Shown here: in pieces, positions 24,632 to 32,000 of the stretch
Position numbering within the stretch: position 1 is the stretch's first letter
How the letters are laid out: each line of letters starts with the position of its first letter
NCBI RefSeq assembly: GCF_000400465.1
Contig: NW_008806274.1
Coordinates: 56,925 to 88,924 of the forward strand
Source: Wallemia ichthyophaga EXF-994
Lineage: Eukaryota; Fungi; Basidiomycota
Reading direction: 5' to 3'
DNA: 32,000 bases
The notes under the pieces: model-generated
Told to the model about the DNA's origin: nothing
Database searches by the model: none
What the model saw: only the letters and a program-made list of their open reading frames with translations
Position numbers and translations under genes: made by a program

Positions 24632-25738
24632 TTCATTTAAATTGCCAAACCACGCACAGCAACTACCACCAATCCAAGTATCCTACCCAACTCAACTCAC
24701 AACCTTCTCAATCAACAAAGATAGATATATTTTGTATAATAATTCTCAATTATCTTATTATAATGATGCTAGATTGAGTATTGGCAGTGACTTGAATTTT
24801 GGCGTTGAAGGGATGGTTTTCAATGAAAATATTGAACACCTAGACAACCTATTACTGGCAATTGATCATTATAAATTAGATTGGTGGTCTTATAACGTTA
24901 TCACCTTCAGAGGCATCCTCACTAAGCTAACAACGGCTTTGTACAACTACGATGACAACTGGTGTCTCAATTGTATGCTCATCCACAATTCCATATTTAT
25001 CAGCGACAATTCACCACCAGCTAAACCATCCTCAGAATGGCACAAAAGGGCCATGTACAATGGCTACGCCTTCGAAGGTCTAGCCACTGGTGCACCTCAC
25101 ACTCCGACAAACAATTCGGCTCAATGGGCAACTATCAATAAACTACGCTTTGGTAAACACAAGATTCTAACTGCAGGGGAAGTTGATTGTGCGTCTACCG
25201 ATCAATTCCATCAACAACACCTCTACACTCCCCATCAAGATGACTACATTGAACTTAAGACATCCATTCAAATCCAATCCCCCGCCCAACAAGACCGATT
25301 CGATCAGAAGCTGCTCAAGTTTTACTTTCAGAGTTATCTATTAGGTGTCCCAGTTAGTTTGAGTAAGGGTGAAAATATTCACTAACAACCACTTAGAAAA
25401 TAGTTGTCGGATTCAAAAACAAAAGCGGTATTCTAGTCGATGTGAAGGAGTACGATACGCTATCACTCCCTAATCTCGTTCGCGGGAGTAACTACGCATG
25501 GAACCACAAAACCTGCACTAGTCTTGCCGAAATGCTGATTGAGTTTGTGCGCGAGACCATCACGTCTATTGGGGATGAAAGCAAGATGTACAAAGTGTTT
25601 TACAGCGCAGCTGATCGCACAATCTCAATCCAAGTCACTCATCTCGATGACATCTCTTACCCCACTCCCGACCCTTTCCCGCGGTATGGCTTCATGCCTG
25701 CTCATTTGCATGCACGTATGCGCGAATGTGTGCGCTAG
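24621..25738 (+). CDS. RAI1: Rai1/DXO decapping nuclease; one intron after about 25352
   Basis: YPTQLTTFS, TFRGILTKL, MYNGYAFE, ILTAGEVDC, YIELKTS, KLLKFYFQSYLLGVP/KIVVGF. Confidence 0.88.
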
Positions 25739-25837
25739 TTTGCTAGTTTTCCAATATGCGCATATATATCCGTGTTATCGTCTTGTTCGACTATTACATT
25801 CCCGTTTCTATCCTTTTTCTAGAGCATTAGCACCCAC

Positions 25838-26779
25838 TCATTGACCTTGCACCTCTTTCACCCCCCACTCCCCATCAAATGACTTGATATCCCACTCAGA
25901 CACGCCAATACCACCGCCAAGCTCAATCCACTTATCCGACATCTTCTTTTTACGCTCATCGACGAAATCCATAAGCTGTGACCAGTATTTATCGTGATCG
26001 TAGACACTCAAATCGACATTCCCGCCAAAACTGTCCTCTAGCTGAGATTTATCTACCACATGCGAGACGTCATTCGAGAAGGACAGTTTCTCTCTGGTAA
26101 CGGGGTCGAGGAGGGGCGAGATAATTTTAAACATCCACGTGACGACGGCTGGAAGGTTAATAACGAAAGCAGTTCCCAGTGTTTCTGGGTAATGATCGGC
26201 TAGGGCATAAAGTACGCCTTTTGACGTGGCGAGCGACGGACCCTTAGCCTTCTTAGCGTAATTGATAAGCAGACTGACGGTTTCCACGCCTCTCGGAGCG
26301 CATATTTTAGCCAATTCGAGCATAAAGAAAGCATGATCAGTTTGCCGGGTGCTCTCCTCTGTGTTCTGTCTATCCGGCTTCATGTACCAGAGGGGGCGGG
26401 CCAAGTTATCGAATCCGCACAGGAGCTGCTTGCCCGTGAGCTGCTCGGGTGCTATATAGTCGCCGCTCATCAATTTGCCTCCCTCGTTGAGTCCTATAGT
26501 GCGACGCCAGATTAGGGTCTTTTGTAATCGCTCGATCGTCGTCACAGTGTTCCATCTCGTCGCTCGCAGATAGCGCAACATGCATTCTCTAGTTAAGAAT
26601 CGCTCTTCTACCCCGCTTATTCCCGCAGGAGTATTATCATTCTCGCTCATAGGGAGAGTGTTGAGTTGGCGCATCGCTGTTAGCACCAAATCATACTTTT
26701 CCTCTTGCTCACCCGTCAGCGCTGCTGGCTTTTGCGGCGGTTTTGCGCTGCTTGGTGGGTGTATTGGAAGATCGATCAT
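25838..26779 (-). CDS. Sec14/CRAL-TRIO lipid-transfer protein (Pdr16/Pdr17-like), intronless
   Basis: LTRECMLRYLRATRW, TLIWRR, GFDNLARPLWYMKP, HYPETLG, ISPLLDPVTREKL and QLEDSFGG. Confidence 0.88.
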   Translation of the reverse strand: MIDLPIHPPSSAKPPQKPAALTGEQEEKYDLVLTAMRQLNTLPMSENDNTPAGISGVEERFLTRECMLRYLRATRWNTVTTIERLQKTLIWRRTIGLNEGGKLMSGDYIAPEQLTGKQLLCGFDNLARPLWYMKPDRQNTEESTRQTDHAFFMLELAKICAPRGVETVSLLINYAKKAKGPSLATSKGVLYALADHYPETLGTAFVINLPAVVTWMFKIISPLLDPVTREKLSFSNDVSHVVDKSQLEDSFGGNVDLSVYDHDKYWSQLMDFVDERKKKMSDKWIELGGGIGVSEWDIKSFDGEWGVKEVQGQ

Positions 26780-26873
26780 GGCAGACGCGGTGAGAGGTGC
26801 GTGTACATATATATAAACATAAATATCATTACAATGCCATCAAATTGAAAAAAAATCAAGCAAATCAAATGAC

Positions 26874-28548
26874 TCACGCTTTCCCGGAATATTCCCCAGA
26901 AGCGTAATTATCATTAGACATTCCCCCGATGCTCCTCTTCCTGGCCTCGATAATCTCCCTATACACTCCATCATGCCCATGGGCGTCTTTCGAGTCATGT
27001 GAATGCTTGATGCGTTTCAACTCGCTAACGAAGCTCGTTCCCCAGAAGGAGCTAGTATATTTACTAACGTATTTGAAAAGTTTAGCGTGCTTCTCAGCGC
27101 GTTCCTCCGCCGACATGGTGACAGCTTCATGGATGGCGGTAGCCATTTCAGCGATATTCCAAGGATTGACGATACGTGCGCCATGGAAAGACTGTGCAGC
27201 GCCTGCGAATTCGCTAAGTATCATAACTCCATGATTAGCGCATTGCGTGGAAATATACTCATAGCTGACCAGATTCATCCCGTCGCGCGTGCTGCTCACG
27301 AGACATGCATCGCTAATCGCGTACAGCGCGCAAAGTTCATCGAAAGTGAGTGACTTGTGCATAAAGTGAATGGGCATGAACTCGACTGTACCGAACCGAC
27401 CGTTTATACGACCTACTAACTCGTTCACACGCGCACGAAGCGTCTGATACTCCTCAACTCCTCCCCGTGAAGGAATCGCGAGTTGCACTAGCACTACCTT
27501 GCCAATCCACTCGGGGTGCTGCTGGAGGAATACTTCCAAGGCGTGCAGCTTCTGTGGTACACCTTTTATATAGTCGAGTCGATCTACCCCGCAAATTATC
27601 TTCACACCCTCGAATCGCTTCCGAAGTGCTTCGATACGTCGCACCACCCCAGGCGTCTCAAGCATCTCGATAAACTGACTGGGCTCTATGCCAATAGGGA
27701 AAGTGCCACAGTGGACGAAACGAGCACCGAATTGAACACCGTTGGGTAGGGCACTAAGACCGAGGATGCGGGTGCATGAGCTGAGAAAGTGCCTTGCATA
27801 GTCATATGTATGGAAACCGACGAGATCGCAGTGAAGAATACCAAGGAGAATTTCCCTTCTGACAGGTAGAATTCTGTAGATTTCCGAGCTGGGAAAGGGA
27901 GTGTGGAGGAACCAGCCAATTTTGACACCGTGTTTCGGGTGAACGTTGTCTACAACGACGCCATCAATACCTCTATGCAAACGATCGAGTTCTTTATGCG
28001 TTTCATGACCAACGTTGTTCTTCTCGATCAAACCACGAAGCATCATAGGCAGGAGCATAAGGTGGTAGTCCTGGACCCAGACAAGGTCACCGGAGCGGAC
28101 CTGGCTAGTGACGACCTGAGCAAACATGGCATTGGCTGCGCGATAAGCAAACCAGTTGGTCTCGTCAAAGTTCATTTCACCTGGGTGGTAGTGGAAGAGT
28201 GGCCAAATCATTTCATTAGCGAATCCATTGTAGTACTTGTCAGCGATGTTGTCTGGGAGGAAGACAGGCTGGCACGAGTATTCATCGCGCAGTCGCTGTG
28301 TAACGTGGTCGTGGTCAGCTTCGGGGATTTCGATGCCCAGCCAGCCAATCCAGGTGAAATCCATCTGCTTCTTGCAGCCACTCAATGCGGAAACCAAGCC
28401 ACCGCTGGATAACTTGAATTCATCTGAGTTGTCGTGTGAGCGTGTGTGTGCTACACGTGGTTCACTCACACTCCCCGTCAAATCTACGAGATACAGTCAC
28501 AGGGAGCCTGTTGGAAACAACGATAAGCCTATTGGTAGACGTGGACAT
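26874..28548 (-). CDS. TPS1: Trehalose-6-phosphate synthase; intron 28424-28469
   Basis: Spliced product MSTSTNRLIVVSNRLPVTV..SSGGLVSAL, plus WIGW, WVQDYHLMLLP, GWFLHTPFPSSE, GVDRLDYIKG, RDGMNLVSYE and LSEFAGAAQ. Confidence 0.96.
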
Positions 28549-28574
28549 TAGATGATGGTTGTTGACGATCAACG

Positions 28575-29778
28575 ATGAAAATCAAAGTAATTTATTTGAT
28601 TTTAACTATTTCAGCGGCCAGCGTAGCTGCTATGGCTGCTGTATTAGATCTCACGCCATCGAATTTCACCGACATCGTTGGTAGAGATAGCGGTGTTCTG
28701 GTGGAATTCTATACGCCGTGGTGTGGACATTGCAGTGGGTGGAAGTATCGCTGATTAGAGCCACACGCTTATAATTCAAAAGAGCAGCTAGAGCCGGTGT
28801 ACAATCAATTGGCAGATTCATTCGCCCATTCAAACCAAATACACATAGCAAAAATTGACTCAGACGAATATAAAAAGTTTGTTAAGAGATGGTCTATCAA
28901 TTCATATCCTAGTATGTCTGTTTTTGCCTTTTATATCTTCTAACTCTCTCACAGCCATTAAATACTTTCCACCAAACAATGGTCTTCCTGTTGACTACAC
29001 AGGAGATAGAGATATGAATGGTTTTATCTCCTTCATTAAACACCACTCTCACATACACCCACAATCATCACTCCCATCTCAATCATCGCGCTCCCCGGTT
29101 ATTGACTTAACCGATGATAATTTTCATTCTTTTGTTTACGCAGACGCCTCCCTCAACACACTCATACTCTTCTATGCGCCCTGGTGCTCTCATTGCAAAC
29201 GCATACTCCCCGCTTTCGACTCGCTCGGCATCTCTTTTTCCCGTGAAGACAGCTGTCAAGTGGCCAAGATAAACGTCGATGAGAGCTCAAATGCGGATAT
29301 TCAGAGGAGTTTTAAGATTGGCTCACTTCCCACTTTAAAGTTAGTCAAAGGGTCTGGTGAGGTACTCCATTACGACAAGTCACGTACCCTTGATGCTCTC
29401 GTGGACTACGTAAACACCCACTGCAACACCAATAGACAGATTGACGGTAATTTAAATGACAAAGCTGGCCTGGTGGAGGACTTGGACAGCTTAGTGGAGG
29501 TGTTTATGCGGGCAAGCGGTGAAAAGAGGTTGGAGATTGCTGAGACGACTGCTCAGGAGCTTGGTCAAGAGATGCACAGCTCGCCGCACACAATTTACCT
29601 CCGCATAATGTCTAAAATCATCTCCCACGACGCACACTACATTCCCCGCGAAATTGGCAGACTCGGCAGGCTTCTCGGCTCGCAAATGCTAGACACCAAG
29701 AGGGATGAAATTCAAATAAAAATGAATATCCTCAACCACTTTTCTCGCTACCTGCACATTCTCCACACTGAACTATGA
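28575..29778 (+). CDS. Protein disulfide isomerase, ERp38/TigA type (two thioredoxin domains plus an ERp29-like C-terminus); two introns
   Basis: Signal peptide [40 protein letters not shown], helical C-terminal domain, and C-terminal HTEL. Confidence 0.88.
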
Positions 29779-29892
29779 AAAACGTGATCATAACAAATTT
29801 TACAATTAATTTAAAGTGACGTTCATCGTGCCTATTTTCATCCCGATCATCCGCATTTCGTCTTCTCGCTTCCAACTCCATCACAAACCACG

Positions 29893-32000
29893 ATGACTGC
29901 AGAGGACACAGTCTACGTGAACTCTGAGCAGCAGCCGCTGCTCCATGAACATAGCAGCACCAGCACCTCTATCCGACGCAGCAAGAAATGCTACTGTAGC
30001 GTCTTGGGTGTGGTAGTTGCCGCATGTCTTTGGATCTGGCTACTCTTCTGGTTCCTGTCCGGCAATGCTCCACCCACTGGCATTCAACTTGGCCACATCA
30101 AGCCAAATGCCACTTACTACGACGAGAAGGGTGGCCGCACTATTCTCGTCGGTGATATCCACGGAATGCTTACTCCATTTGAGTGAGTTGGCGTGTTTCT
30201 ATTGGTTTTACCTTTTTTTTAACTTTTTTTTTTTTAGGAACCTCCTCTACGAATTAGACTACGATCAGGACAAAGACACGCTTATTGCGCTCGGTGATGT
30301 GATCGCCAAAGGTTCAAATTCCCAAGGAGTTTTAAACAAATTAGTTGAATTAGATGCACTCGCCGTGCGCGGCAATCACGACCAATTAGTCGTAGAATGG
30401 CGCGCTTTCCTCGACCAAGTGGAGAGTGTTAAAGGTGGTGAAGAATGGATCGCGATGGGATGCCCTAAGCGTCTCCGCCCAACTGGCGCGATGAAGCTTC
30501 CTAAGCACATGAAGACAAACACCCCTCACTTCCACATCGCACGTAACCTCACCCCGCACACCAAGGAGTTCCTCTACAACACCCCGCTCTACATCCACTT
30601 GCCTGACTACGACATGTACGCGGTGCACGCGGGTATGTTATCGGAGGACCCTACAAAGCCTCTCTCAACGTCCAACCCACCTTTCTTAAAGACAGGTCGC
30701 GGCGAGATTGACGTCTTCTCCATTCCCCAAAACAACCCAAAGAGTCTCGTTGAAATGCGCAGTATCGACTTGCACGGTAATCCTACACCAGACGACGATG
30801 CCGGGCCTGCATGGTACAACTACTGGAACTTCGACATGAGCGGTTGTCGCGAAGAGGACGGATGCACTCCTCAACGTGTTTCGTACGGTCACGCTGCCGG
30901 ACGCGGGCTCGACCTGAATGCATACACTTTCGGACTCGACACAAGATGCTATGGCGCGGGCAGACTCTCCGCACTCGTTCTCACTGCTGACAGAAAGGCG
31001 CAGACAGACTGTCACCGCAACCCACACCAATGCCACGGTGCATATGAAGACTACCAGGATGGTTATGAGGATGTGGACGTCTGTGGCGACTGCGAAGATT
31101 GCGATGAATACAGCTACAGCGGCGACTGCGACGATTGTGACGATTCGCTTGACTGCGACGACGACTACAACTACGACGACGACGATAACCTCGTAGCTAG
31201 CCGCCGCTGCTGCCACCACTGCTGCTGCTGCCACCACCGCCACTCGCACGGCCACTACAAGCACGGCAAACACGGAAAGAGTGGTAAGAAGGGCAAGAAG
31301 GGCAAGAAAGGCAAGCACGGTAAACACGGCAAGTCTGGCAAACACGGTAAACACGCTGACGATGGTGACGATGGTGACGATGGCCAAGATGGCGATGACG
31401 GTCAAGACGGCGACGATGGCCACCATGGCTTCCCAGGTCATCCAGGTCGTCCGGGACACGGCGGTCACAGTCACGACGGTTATCCAGGCTACCCAGGTCG
31501 TCCAGGCCACGGTGGTAACGGTGGTCACGGTGGACATGGCCACGATGGTGAAGATGGCGACGATGGCCGTGATGGCTACCCAGGTCGCCCAGGTCGTCCA
31601 GGCCACGGTGGTAACGGTGGTCACGGTGGACATGGCCACGATGGTGAAGATGGCGACGATGGCCGTGATGGCTACCCAGGTCGCCCAGGTCGTCCAGGCC
31701 ACGGTGGTAACGGTGGTCACGGTGGACATGGCCACGATGGTGAAGATGGCGACGATGGCCGTGATGGCTACCCAGGTCGCCCAGGTCGTCCAGGCCACGG
31801 TGGTAACGGTGGTCACGGTGGACATGGCCACGATGGTGAAGATGGCGACGATGGCCGTGATGGCTACCCAGGTCGCCCAGGTCGTCCAGGCCACGGTGGT
31901 AACGGTGGTCACGGTGGACATGGCCACGATGGTGAAGATGGCGACGATGGCCGTGATGGCTACCCAGGTCGCCCAGGTCGTCCAGGCCACGGTGGTAACG
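29893..32000 (+). CDS. Type II membrane metallophosphoesterase (Ppn2/ApaH-like) with a long Cys/His/Asp-rich and collagen-like repeat tail; intron 30183-30237; runs off the window end
   Basis: One TM segment, then motifs VGDIHG, LGDVIAKG, VRGNHD, VHAG, YGHAAGRGL and GLDTRC. The exon-2 frame (codons starting at 30239) has no stop up to 32000. Confidence 0.82.
31505..32000 (+). repeat. Perfect 96-bp coding tandem repeat, at least 5 full copies plus a partial one
   Basis: Units start at 31505, 31601, 31697, 31793, 31889 and 31985. Each encodes GHGGNGGHGGHGHDGEDGDDGRDGYPGRPGRP. Confidence 0.97.

Noticed and set aside
30686-31990. 434-aa minus-strand ORF of T/V/A/I-rich repeats that looks like a membrane or mucin protein
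   Set aside because: It is the codon-aligned antisense shadow of the plus-strand Gly/Asp/His repeat exon, which lacks TTA/CTA/TCA codons. The plus frame is continuous with clear metallophosphoesterase motifs.
31505-32000. CRISPR-like or telomeric interpretation of the terminal repeat
   Set aside because: There are no unique spacers, the unit is 96 bp and in frame, and it is not a short telomeric motif.

Overview
Eukaryotic, very gene-dense fungal DNA: about 24 protein-coding genes, with about 42 inferred introns mostly 43-58 nt long. The compactness and intron size suggest a basidiomycete with a miniaturised genome such as Wallemia (inference, not verified). Most genes are housekeeping: PNO1, PAN5, TRS31, an MDL1-like ABCB transporter, an SLT2/MPK1 MAP kinase, dynactin p25, MFAP1, PHB1, SmG, a MAM3/CNNM protein, TAF1, GND1, RPC53, AVT3, a Gap1-type RasGAP, RPB12, RAI1, a CRAL-TRIO protein, TPS1, an ERp38-type PDI and a PPN2-like metallophosphoesterase. 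I found no tRNA, rRNA, transposon or CRISPR. The unusual features are: (1) the PPN2-like enzyme has a long tail missed by the ORF track, with a Cys/Asp/His block, charge-segregated Gly-X-Y triplets and a perfect 96-bp tandem array; (2) RPB12 needs a 2-nt micro-exon, and SLT2 a 7-nt one; (3) two operon-like junctions, TRS31 TGA-A-ATG PAN5 and a RAI1 ATG inside the last RPB12 exon; (4) five divergent gene pairs with only 26-45 bp between start codons; (5) GTGGGT is the commonest splice donor and GTAAGT is absent. All gene models were built by eye and need RNA confirmation.
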